A DNA stretch of 64,000 nucleotides from Ranitomeya imitator (lineage: Eukaryota), in assembly GCF_032444005.1 (NCBI RefSeq), contig NC_091285.1:705250001-705314000 (forward strand). The letters run 5' to 3'. Under the pieces are notes generated by a model. It saw only the letters and a list, made by a program, of their open reading frames with translations. It was not told where the DNA came from and made no database searches. Below, piece by piece: positions 13,052-24,300 of the stretch. Each line of letters opens with the position of its first letter. Within the stretch, counting starts at the first letter, position 1. A program made the position numbers and the translations under genes.

Positions 13052-13102
13052 ATTGTCAATAATATATTAAGCATCACAAACATTATACTAGAAGATAATG
13101 TA

Positions 13103-14189
13103 TGTTAGGGGTCGAGTTCCTGCCTCTGCACAGGGGGAATCTTGGGCCATCTCCGCTGCGGTCTCCCATTCTTCTCCGGCCGCAGTGGAACCTGCTCAGC
13201 GGAGACGTCGATCCCAGCATCTTGCTCAGTCTGACTCTGTGCTAAGAGTTACTGCTGCATTTCCTGCTTCTGCCATTGAAGTCAGTGCTGGACAGCGGTG
13301 AGCCGACGCTTCTGGGACTAAGTCCTGCTTTTCACGTTCTGAGCATGCCCAGAGTAAGATCTCTCAGTGGAGATCGAGGGTCACATGATCAGATACTGCA
13401 GCTAGGTCATTGGTCCTTCTTGGAAGGTACTTGTAGGTGCTAGTACTAAGTCCTGCTTTGCACTCTGAGCATGCCCATGGCAATATCTCTCAGTGGAGAT
13501 CTGGGGTCACATGCTCAGGTACTGCAGCAACTCCTTTGGTCCTTCTCTGAAGGTCCTAAACGTGCTGCAACTATTTAAGGCTCACATGGCCGCACGGCCA
13601 TGCGCTAGTATTGACTTTTATAAATGTGTGTGTGTTGTGAGTGAAAGTCGTTCTTTAAAATCCCCTCCCTATTGTATGACTGCTCGCGGAAGGTGTATGT
13701 TTGCTATCTAGCGCCCGACTTAGCCATCAGCACATCACACACATTACAGCCTCTAATTGCTGTGACCACCCGTGTGGCGCCTTGCGCTTTCTCTGCGATT
13801 TCCTTACCCAAGCCTGGGTGGTTAGTGGCATCCGCCAGTGCAGCACCGCACGCACTCTCGTGCTTCTTAAATAATATTCTTTCTGTCTCTCTGACACCCC
13901 AGTAGCAGCGTCGAGCGCATGAGGTCTTTATGAACTTAAATCCTGAGTCTTGGGATTGAGTTCTGAGACTCCTTGAATGCGCTCTTGGTGCGGTACCGCG
14001 GCCCTGTGACGCAACAGGGTTCGCTTCCTTCACACAGGGTGAAGTTAACCCATGTGTGTATTCATATTGTACCGCCATATCATCCGTCTGTACTAGCAGC
14101 AGGGCTTTCACCTGCACGGTGGACCTCGGACTGCGAATGCACCTAATACCATTACATCTTAAACTTGGTGCGTTCCGCCAGTCCTAACA
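13103..14189 (+). mobile_element. Solo LTR
   Basis: Termini tgttagg...cctaaca; 5-bp TSD atgta (13098-13102, 14190-14194); TATA-like ctatttaa near 13570. Homologous to 28036-28743 and 53583-54572. Confidence 0.9.
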
Positions 14190-14229
14190 ATGTAGACATC
14201 AGCTTAAGCCAGAACTGTTAGTAGAATTT

Positions 14230-16500
14230 ACATTATCTATTCAACATTTTCCCGGTTAACTCTGGTAAGGTTTTTAACATTAGACAGCTTAAGACCGTCC
14301 CAATCAGGGCACCTTGTCGACGGTGGGATGGAAATGTGTTTTTGATTTTTACTTGTTTAGTTGCAGCAGGGTTTTTGTTTATTTTATTTCTTGTAGCTGT
14401 TATACGCTTTATGGCCAATGTGAACATGCGTTTATGAGCTGCATGTATACCAACTTAATCCAAGCTCAGTTTTTGTGTTTTTTTTCTTTGTATTTTTGCG
14501 TTCTGTGCAAACCGGGGTGTGGCCTTCCTCCCTTTTTTCTGCCCTTATTGACACATTGAGGTCAACTCTGACACATGGTAAGGTCTTTAACCCCTTCACC
14601 CCCGGAGCTTTTTCCGCTTTTTCATTTTCGTTTTTTGCTCCCCTCCTTCCCAGAGCCATAACTTTTTTGTTTTTCAGTCAATATGGCCATGTGAGGGCTT
14701 ATTTTTTGCAGGACGAGATGTACTTTTGAAAGATACCATTGATTTTACCATGCCATGTAACAGAAAACGGGAAAAAAATTCCAAGTGTGATGAAATTGCA
14801 AAAAAAGTGCAATCTCACACTTGTTTTTTGTTTGGTTTTTTGCTAGGTTCACTAAATGCTAAAACTAACCTGCTATTATGATTCTCCAGGTCATTACGAG
14901 TTCATAGACACCAAACATGTCTAGGTTATTTTTTATCTAAGTGGTGAAAAAAAATTCCAAATTTTGCTAAAAAAAAAAAAAAATGCGCGATTTTCCGATA
15001 CCCGTAGCGTCTCCAATTTTCGTGATCTGGGGTCAGGTGAGGGCTTATTTTTTGCGTGCCAAGCTGGCGTTTTTAATGATACCATTTTGGTGTAGATACG
15101 TTCTTTTGATCGCCCGTTATTGCATTTTAATGCAATGTCGCAGCGACCAAAAAAACGTAATTTTGGCGTTTTGATTTTTTTTCTCGCAACGCCATTTAGC
15201 GGTCAGGTTAATCCTTTGTTTTTATTGATAGATCGGGCGATTCTGAACGCGGCGATACCAAATATGTGTATGTTTGATTTTTTTTTAATTGTTTTATTTT
15301 GATTGGGGCGAAAGGGGGGTGATTTGAAGTTTTATATATTTTTTATTTTTTTTATATTTTTAATCACTTTTTTTTTTTTATTTTGGCATGCTTCAATAGC
15401 CTCCGTGGGAGGCTAGAAGCATGCATAACTCGATCGGCTCTGCTACATAGAGGTGAAGTACAGATCACCTCTATGTAGCAGAAATGCAGGGTTGCTTTGA
15501 ACGCCGACCACAGGGTGGCGCTCAAAGCAATCGGCCATCAGCAACCATAGAGGTCTCAAGGAGACCTCTGGTTGTTATGGCGATGCACTGCTGACCCCCG
15601 ATCATGTGACGGGGGTCCGCAGTGCAAGAAGTCTTGGCCGCGCGGCCGGGAGCGCTAGTTAAATGCCGCTGTCAGCGTTTGACGGCGGCATTTAACTAGT
15701 TAATGGGCGCGGGCGGATCGCGATTCCGCTCGCGCTCATTGCGCGCACATGTCAGCTGTACAAAACAGTTGACATGTCGCGGCTTTGAGGTGGGCTCACC
15801 GCCGGAGCCCACCTCAAAGCAGGGGATCTGCCAGCTGACGTACTATTCCATCAGCTGGCAGAAAGGGGTTAATATTTGACAGCATAGGACCAGGTCACAT
15901 TGTCCATGGTGGGATGCCTTTGATGCTATTTTTGATCAAAAAGAGTATTACTAAGAACCCTGTATTATATAAAAAATAAATAATTTCAGTCAAAAGGACC
16001 GGGTCCCGACCTGTGGACACCAGTCTAGGGAAGCCTTTATATGTTATTTCCAGCTCGGGAAATAACATAAAAATGTTTTTTATTCTTTATATTTTTGCAT
16101 TCTGTGGAAACTGGAGTGTGACCTCCCTCTCTCTTGAGCTTGAAATAACCATGAAAAGCTTCCCTAGACTGGTGTCCACAGATCGGGACCTAGTCCTTTT
16201 TTCTGCCCTTATCCACACATTTAGGACAACGTTGACACATCAGAAGGTTTTTAATATTAGACAGTGTGGGACCATCCAAATCAGGGTCACCTTGTCGATG
16301 GTGGGATTGCTTTTATTCTATTTTTGTTCAAAAATAGTATTGCTAAGAACCCTGTGCTATTTAAATACATTTTACTTATTTGGTTACAGTAGGGGCTTCT
16401 TGTAGGTTTTGTATGCTTTATTGCCAAAAGTGAACATGCGTTTATGGGTTTATGCGTTTATGCGTTTACCAAGCTCAATTTTTGTGTTTTTTTTATTTAA
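14230..16500. repeat. Diverged triplicated ~310-380-bp unit interrupted by a TTAA element
   Basis: The motif ttttaa.att(a/t)gacag...cac.ttgtc.a.ggtgggat recurs near 14281, 15876 and 16258. ccttttttctgcccttat and gtgaacatgcgtttatg blocks each occur twice. Confidence 0.7.
14591..15868. mobile_element. piggyBac-type non-autonomous element
   Basis: TTAA at 14587-14590 and 15869-15872; cccctt/aagggg termini. Internal palindromes such as ctagttaaatgccg...cggcatttaactag (~15655-15700). Confidence 0.85.
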
Positions 16501-17997
16501 CAGAGCCACCCAACTTTTTGGAGAATGGACGTTGCAGAAACAGAGTAAGCAACCACTGGTCCAGAAGCCTTAGTTGACTAAAAACATCCTGTGATAGCAT
16601 TGATAATACACTGTACAACTTATGTAGTCCAGTACAGTGCACAAAGCTGTTGGTGTTTGGCTAACTTCAGGCATCATCTCTGGAAGGATCAGATAGGCTA
16701 AATAATAGGCGCGACATGAAGACCTTTGCTAGACTTTCGATTGCAATGGCAACCCATCAACACCCAGAACTTGTGTCGATCAGCTGATAAAAAGAGTTAC
16801 CTTACTCTGCTAAACTTTTCAAGCCCCTCATGATATAGGAACTAGATTGGCTCCCAAAACATGGAGCGGGAGCTTAGCTTAGTAAATGTCACAACTTTGC
16901 TTTATTGAGGAAAATAACTTCCAAACCAGATGAACGCCAATTTGCAAGTAGAGGTTTCATTTATTGGACTTTTATTTAATAATATTTTTTAAAGTTTGGC
17001 ATCCGTTCATTTTCTATTAAGTTTTATAAATACAATTTACTGGAAAGCAAGGTAAAAAAATATATACCTTTTTGTTCCATGTTTTTTTTCTATTAATTTT
17101 GTAGTTAGAATTACCTAACAGTTTATGATTCAGGTCAGCACAATAATGAAAATAATAAACATATACGTTGTATTTCAGTGGCGAAACAAAAATATGAAAT
17201 TTTGAATAAAAATAGTTTCACCACTTTTTCATGCATATGTCTGTACTTTTTTGGTCAATTAAGATGTGCAAGGCTTTGCAATTCTTTACAAAATGTACAG
17301 CACCCAAAAAATCAACAATTCTGAAGTTTCATTGTGTTGTTATTTTTACAAAATTTATCAAAATGGGAAATAATTTTGTTATTTTGATAAATCTGGCTTT
17401 TACTGACAACTATACGAATATGTTTTTTCTTTTATTATGAAATAGTTATTTTTAGTGAGAAAAGTGGAGTGATGCTACTGTAGCTTATTTATTTTATATA
17501 TTTTTTTGTGTGTTCAGACAAATTTATATTATGATCATATGATCACATGTTCATTATACTGAAATACAGCAATATTGGAGCATCTAAAAAAAATCACATC
17601 CACCTGCGAAACCAAGATTGTTGTTTAGCGTTGGAGCTCTGGAAAAACCAATACCGGAGAGATATCCATGTACATGTGCTTAAAATTTGTGGCAACTGTG
17701 TGCCGTATCAATATCGCACGTACCGATGCCTGAGAATCAGCTGTACTCTGTGTGCTGTTCCCCAAGCCAGTGGGTGAAGACAGCTCTCATCATTGTCCCT
17801 TGATCACGCCACAGTCAGCGCTAGCAGGGGGAAATGTTGAGAGTAGTATTCAACTGGTAACTGAGAGAGACTTCGGAAGATGGGAGTATTCATTCATCTG
17901 CACGATAAATACATTTTTTTTTAAATGAGATGGGGCTCCCCTGTATTTTTAATAACCAGCCAGATAAAACTGACAGCTGCAGGCTGCAACCCCTAGC

Positions 17998-18889
17998 ACG
18001 CCACCGAAGTAGCTCCCTATGTACCCGCTGTCAGTGCGCTATATAGTTTGAGAGGTGGCGCCTGCGCATTGTAACACGGGGGTGAGCTGACGCTTCGGGC
18101 CTGCGGCGGTGTCTCGTCCCTGATGTAGTTCGCCTGCGCGCGTCTGCGGCGCCTGAAGTTTGGGTGTCCATGTGGGTGCACGTGCACGGTATGTCTTGGG
18201 GGATGGCCCCGGCTGCGGTCATGGGGTGGCGGTTCACTTTGTGTCCTATGCGCCTGCGCTTCCCAATGCGTCCTGTGCATGAACTTTATTGACCCGGAAG
18301 TAGTGTATGGGGATTGATTTTTTCTGGAGTATAGAGCACTATTGATTGGGTGACCTTTGTGGGACAATATGCACCGGAGGGTGTGATTGGGTGTTTTTCC
18401 CTTTGGTATTATACACCGGGATTGGACAATGTGATGACCGGAGGTAGCGGATTGGTCGAGTGTTCCCATGGTGACGGAGACACAGGAAGCAGCGGCTCAC
18501 GGATCCAGGATAAATATAAGATCTCTCTACTCATACGCGTGGTTTTTTATGTGATATAAGGTTATGTATTTATGACACTATTGTATGTGGAATACCGATG
18601 TCTGTTTCTTTGGGAGTTACCTGTTTATTGTTTTATGTGGGAGGGCGGCGTCTGGTGGTGACTGGTGCACTGTGTGGCATCCACACTACTTAAGATGGCT
18701 CCCTGTGCTGTAATGTATGCTTGATAAAGACCGAGTGTTGGTCGAAACGTTGCTGTATCATGGCTCAATAAAGCTTTTTTTCAAGACTTCTACACCCGGA
18801 TGGAGCGCTGTTCATTCTACATTTATTGGTCTGACTATATCCGGGACGGTTCCCTGGATGTTGAACGGGCGCCCCAGGACTGTGAGTGC
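17998..18889 (+). mobile_element. Penelope-like retroelement 3'/pLTR fragment
   Basis: GC-rich insert splits a host hairpin (aaaactgacagct...cctagc | tgtcagctttt). It contains a hammerhead-type motif at 18713-18761, AATAAA at 18767-18772, and ends in gtgagtgc. Confidence 0.7.
18713..18761 (+). ncRNA. Minimal type I hammerhead ribozyme motif (U3-A8 variant)
   Basis: atgtatgc-TTGATAA-a-gacc(gagtgtt)ggtc-GAAA-cgtt-gctgtatcat: core box 1, helix II, GAAA, palindromic AACGTT helix III, imperfect helix I. Confidence 0.65.
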
Positions 18890-19029
18890 TGTCAGCTTTT
18901 GCTCTTTGTATTGCAACCCTTAGCTGTCATCTTTAGCAAGCCTGGTTATCAAGAACAGATGGGTCCCCACACTGTATTTTTTAATTATGTAAATAATGTA
19001 AACGGCGTTGGTGGAGGAACGGAGGTTGT

Positions 19030-20398
19030 CCCTGTGCCCTTAGCACAGAAACACCCCAAAAACATAATGTTTCAGCATCCATATTTGACAGTGGGGATGG
19101 TTTTCTTTGGGTCATAGGCAGCATTACTTTTCCTCCAAACCTGACGAGTTGAGCTGATCCCTGAGCCTTAATTTTTGCCTCATCTGACCACAGCACCATC
19201 TCCCAATCACTCACAGAATCATCCAGGAGTTCATTGGCAAACTCTGAAGGGCCTACACATGTGCCTTCTTGAGTAGGGAACCTTGCGGCCACTGTAGGAT
19301 ATTAAACCTTTATGGTGTAATGTGTAACCAATGGTTTTCTTGATGATTGTGGTCCCAACTGCCTTGAGATCATTAACAAGTTCCACCATCCATGTAGTTT
19401 TAGGCTGATTTCTCACCTTCCTCATGATCGAGGAAATCCCAGGAGGTGAGATTTTGCATGGTGCCCCAGATCGATGTCGATTTTCAGTCATTTTGTATTT
19501 CTTCCATTTTCTTAGTATTGCACCAACAGTTGTCTCCTTCTCACCAAGCGCCGTAATTATGGTTTTGTAGCCCATTCCAGCTTTGTGCAGGTCTATGATC
19601 TTGCGCCTGACATTCTTATACAGCTCTTTGGTCTTGCCCATGTTGTAAAGGTTAGAGTCTGACTTATTAATTTGAGTCTGTGGACAGGAGTCTTTTATAA
19701 AGGTGAAAGTCTAGAAGGAACAGCGAGCACTCACCATCCGCTAAAATCCAGTCTTTATTGTGACATATGGTCAAAAGCAGGAGCAATCAGTGAGAAATGT
19801 GTTTCCACAAGACGATGGCCGTTTTGCGCTTCTGCGCTTCCACGGGTCTCCCTGATTGTTCCTGCTTTTGACCATATGTCACAATAAAGACTGGATTTTA
19901 GCGGATGGTGAGTGCTCACTGTTCCTTCTAGACTTTCGCAATACATGTTTGGGTTTTTTTCTCAGTTGGAGCACCCGAGATCTGCAAAGGCATTTACGCA
20001 CAACAGGAAGACATTGAGTCAGAGTGTGCAGGTGATTCAACCAGCTGCTGGTGCTGCTTTCCTTTTTTTTTCTTTTTTTCATTTGTTGGTCTTTTATAAA
20101 GGTGACTATGAAAGACAGTTTTCTTTCATGTAGGTAATGAGTTGATTAGGAGCATCTAACTAGTCTGTAGGAGCGAGAACTATTCATGGTTGGTAGGGGA
20201 TCAAATACTTATTTCTCACTGCAAAATGCTAATAAATTTATATAATTTATACAATGTGATATTCTGGATTTTATTTTTGATATTAATCATCTCTCAATGT
20301 TCTAATTAACCTATCCTTAAAATTATAGACTGTTCATGTCTTTGTTAGTGAGCAAACTTACAAAATCAGCAAGGGATCAAATACTTATTTCCCCACTG
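19030..20398 (-). mobile_element. Truncated Tc1-family transposon with IR/DR-type end
   Basis: ORF 19231-19641(-) MGKTKEL...[15 protein letters not shown]...GAPCKIS is the paired-like DNA-binding region. Downstream VLWSDEAKI and IMFWGC-like motifs. Terminus cagtggggaaataagtatttgatccc next to TA (20399-20400); direct repeat gggatcaaatacttatttc near 20198 and 20373. Confidence 0.9.
19707..20088 (-). mobile_element. 382-bp retro-insertion, probably Penelope-like, with 17-bp TSD and inverted duplication
   Basis: gtcttttataaaggtga occurs at 19690-19706 and 20089-20105. 86-bp inverted arms at 19705-19790/19852-19937 contain AATAAA and ggtgagtgc. The spacer holds a degenerate hammerhead fold. Confidence 0.7.
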
Positions 20399-20499
20399 TA
20401 GTTACATTGTAAACAAACACACAGCCATAATTAAGTCCTTCATTTTAAATAAAAATAATGCACACTTTTCCTTTTTTATTTAAAAATAACAAAGTTACT

Positions 20500-21340
20500 C
20501 ACTTAACGCCCATTCCACTGAAGCCCTCGTCTCCTTTAGTAAACCAAAAAAAATAAAGAACCATATCCCTCACTTTTCCTTCTTTCTGTCCATGCCGTAA
20601 TCCATGTCTGGGAAAAAATAGTTTTCAACCTGGACGTTGCCAAGATGTGCCTGTCCTAGCTGAGAACCACGGAGTAATGAACTGCTTTGAGCGGAGCATC
20701 AGTGAGCAGTGGTGGCATCATCGAGGTTACTGCAGGTCACTGAGGCAGTGTTCTCAGCCAGGCCCCTGAACTGCGGTGACACCAGCACCGTGAGAAAAAG
20801 TCAGTGAGTTCATTGCAGTGCAGCTCAGTGACTGCAGTTCACCATGAGTGACCCCTCTATTCTTGATAACTAGCTTTGCTGAAGCTGAAAGCTAAAGGTT
20901 GAAGCCAGCAGCTTTCCGTTTTGCCTGGCTGGTTATCAAAAATAAAGGGGAACCCCACATCTTAATTTTTTAATTTATCTATAGTACAGGCGATGGTTGG
21001 TAAATACTCCCATCAGCTGCCACCTGCTCTTGCTGTTAACAGTTGAATACAACTCTCAACATTGTCCCCTGCTAGCGCTGATTGCATCTCGAGCAGGGAG
21101 CAGTGATGTGAGCTGTCTTCAGTACTCGGCTTTGTGAACAGTGTGAACAGTACCGCTGATTCCCTGGAGCCGGTAAGTGTCACATTAATGATATTGTTAG
21201 CATGTTTTGTCCACAGACACACAATCCATGGAAAAACACTGACATGTGCACAGACCCATTCACTTGAATATGTCTACATGGGTGTCTCTAGTCCGTGTGA
21301 TAACTGTCTTCACACGTACCGGAAACACTGATGTCTTATG
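20500..21340. repeat. Degenerate foldback-MITE remnants
   Basis: ttaacgccca..cactgaag.ccctcgt (~20505) resembles ~3450 in the large foldback element. ctggttatcaaaaata...ccccac (~20930) resembles ~18950. Ends not resolvable. Confidence 0.4.
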
Positions 21341-24300
21341 GCATTTAAGTGGATAAAACAGTCATCAGAGCTCAGCTATTAGAAGCATATGTTGGCTGTG
21401 TTATAACAGCCAGCATCTGTTGGGTTTAGTACGGGGTCCGACGCTTAGCCTAATCCATACCCATGCATATTACTTATGTACAGAGGAAGTTGAGAAGGGA
21501 TTAACCCATAGATAATTTAGTTCTTAGTTTTCTTTTCCCAATTCCATTAAATTGAATTGTACAGATTATGAGTGATATTAAAGATGGAAAAAGTTTTGAA
21601 ATGATTCTTTTTGGTATGATTATTTCACATTTTAACATTGGTGGGTAGACTTTTTGTGCCCACTGTATGCAGCAGAATTATATCTACAACAGAGGTTTTC
21701 AAATTCTTTAATTTCTGGCGAATAAAGGCACTGGATCCCATGGGTCCCCTCCACCAGAGTGTAAAATTATCGTAGCAGCCGGGGAATTGATCAATAAACA
21801 TGTTTTTTACTATTCTGATTTTTTTCTTTCATTTTCCAGGACATTATATTATAAAATGGATAATGTCATTATATGTTACAAGTTGGCCCAAAGATAAAAT
21901 CCCTCATAATGTTATGTTTATGTAGAAAAGTTATAGCTGTGGTAAAGCCGAGTCTGTAAAAATCCAATCTATTAAAAAATTTAATTACTGAATCTATATG
22001 GTTAAAATTGAAAAACAAAATGTTATGAATAAGTTAAGGAAACAAATAAATAACATACAATCTAGAAGAACATTTCCAAAACACTTTGGGCACATAATGA
22101 AGGCTGATATTCTATTCCCCAGTCTTGTTCCAGGCTGAAGTAGGATCGGCCCGGTTTATTAAGAGGAATGTTCATCTTAACAAAATTGTCAAATTTTTCA
22201 GCTGCCGCTGTGCTAGAACCGGAAATATTCTTCAAATACTGTATGTGCCGGAGTAACTTTTCACTATAATTTTTGTCGCTTTTGTCTTGTCCCCTTTCGC
22301 TAAACTCAGTCCATTTATCAAAAGTTGGAGGAACTGGCATAAAAATGGCAAAAAAAGGCCCATTTATGGCACAACTACATGTTGCAAAAAAGGGACTTTT
22401 CTACAACAGTTTGCTTACACATAAGGATGGATGAATTGGCTCTTTGGTGTCTCAATATACAAGAAAAGTAATCAAAAATGTAATTTTGCAAAGTCTCCTA
22501 TCACACCAATTAATCATATTGTATTTTAGATTTGGCTTTGTCTTCCGAAATACTGGATTTTTAAACTAAATCTGTTAATCTCAGAAATACAATAACCCTG
22601 ATTCATCCAGACAGGTGCTTTGTATGCTAGCTGAAGAGTGCACTGGATTAAGATGCACAAAATTCATTAAGTGGTGCACACTTCTAAATTATTTTGGCAG
22701 GCAGGTCTTTCAGGCGCCCTGTGCCCCCGCAAGAGATTTTTGCCTGCCCCATCCACACTCTGTGCCGCTCCTACTGCAGCCACTGCACGGCCATGCCAGT
22801 CACGTATCTGCTGGCTGCAAACTGTGTTTTATAGTGCTAGATAGTACTTCTGATGTTGGGAATCATACTATCATATTTATGTACTTGTAAGAACAGCTCT
22901 AAAATGGCACTGATTTGAAAAAAAGGCTTGATGACAACAAATAAAAATCATAAAAACATAATCAGTACATGAACACTTCACAGAACCAGCAGAACTACAC
23001 CATTTTGTGATGAAGGTTCTGTTGATGTTTTCATCAGCACAACCATCATCGCTACATGAATACTTCATCTTGACCATGATGAGTACATACATACATCACC
23101 AGAATCATCATCAATACATGAAAACATCACCCGAACTATCATCACTCCATAAATACACCAAAGCTCTTAAGAATAAGAGTTATGTTACAATGCTGTAAGC
23201 AGGACAATTACTGTTAATACTGTGCGTTAAATAAACTTTTTACAGTATGTGTCTGCTCTTATGAGATGCAATTGTTCCACTCTTCGCTCTTATGAGCTAC
23301 AGCTGCCACAGTCCACCTGATGAGCTATAACAATCACACCGTTCACCCTAATCTGCTATAGCCACCACTCTGTCCACTTTTATAAACCACGCTCTATACC
23401 ATGGCTGTCCCCTCTCCACTGTTTTACTTTTTCGTGTTATAGAGTTTTGCTCTCTGGTAGGCATGAGGCCTTAAGTATTCACACACACGTGCAGCTGTTG
23501 GCCAACCAGTTGTAGTTTTTACTGCTTTCCACAGGTTACACAGAACAAAAAAACAAACTAATAAACATAAATCCCTAGCCTTGTCCACGCCCTAACTAAA
23601 CCGGATAGACCTGGACTACTCATGGATGGCTGAGTCAGCCCCAGCTAGGTCAAACAAAACAGTAATTGTCCACAGGAACCAGCGAAACTTGCGGATCTCT
23701 GCACATGGCCTGTGTGGACTCTTGTCAGTTCCAAGACACCACAGACTAACATTGTTGCTGGTCATTAACACACTCAACTATGCTCAACATCCAGCAGATG
23801 GACATTCCCTCAGGATACTGCCACTCCATGAAGCAACTTCCTGGCTGTGAGCAAAACCCTACAGGTGAATCTAATCAAGACCTGCAGAGCAGATATTTAT
23901 GCTACAATGTCTTTACTTCCACACTGTACCCCTTCACGCTAATTCCTCTCCATGCTATGTCCAATGAAAAATATGTATTTACAAATTACAGATGGAAAAT
24001 AGACCCTAGCTAAAGATTATTTTATTTAACAATTTAATATAATTAAGTGCAATTATAAAACCACAAGGTTTGTGTTGGTCACTATTAGTGATGATATAAT
24101 AGTGAAATATACGGATTCGGGAAAATCGTCACAAATAATATCTAATATTTGTGCATTCATACAAAATAACAGATCCAATGCAAGTCAATGGGGAAGCCGA
24201 ATATTTTTCTTCTGGACCCTACAAACGGGTCTAGGGGCATGGGAAAAAAAGCTGAAATGCATGAGAAAGTGCTAAAATGAAATTGGAACAGCATGGAGAA

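Noticed and set aside
23460-23865. Possible small solo LTR ending in ccctaca
   Set aside because: No matching left terminus or TSD could be identified.
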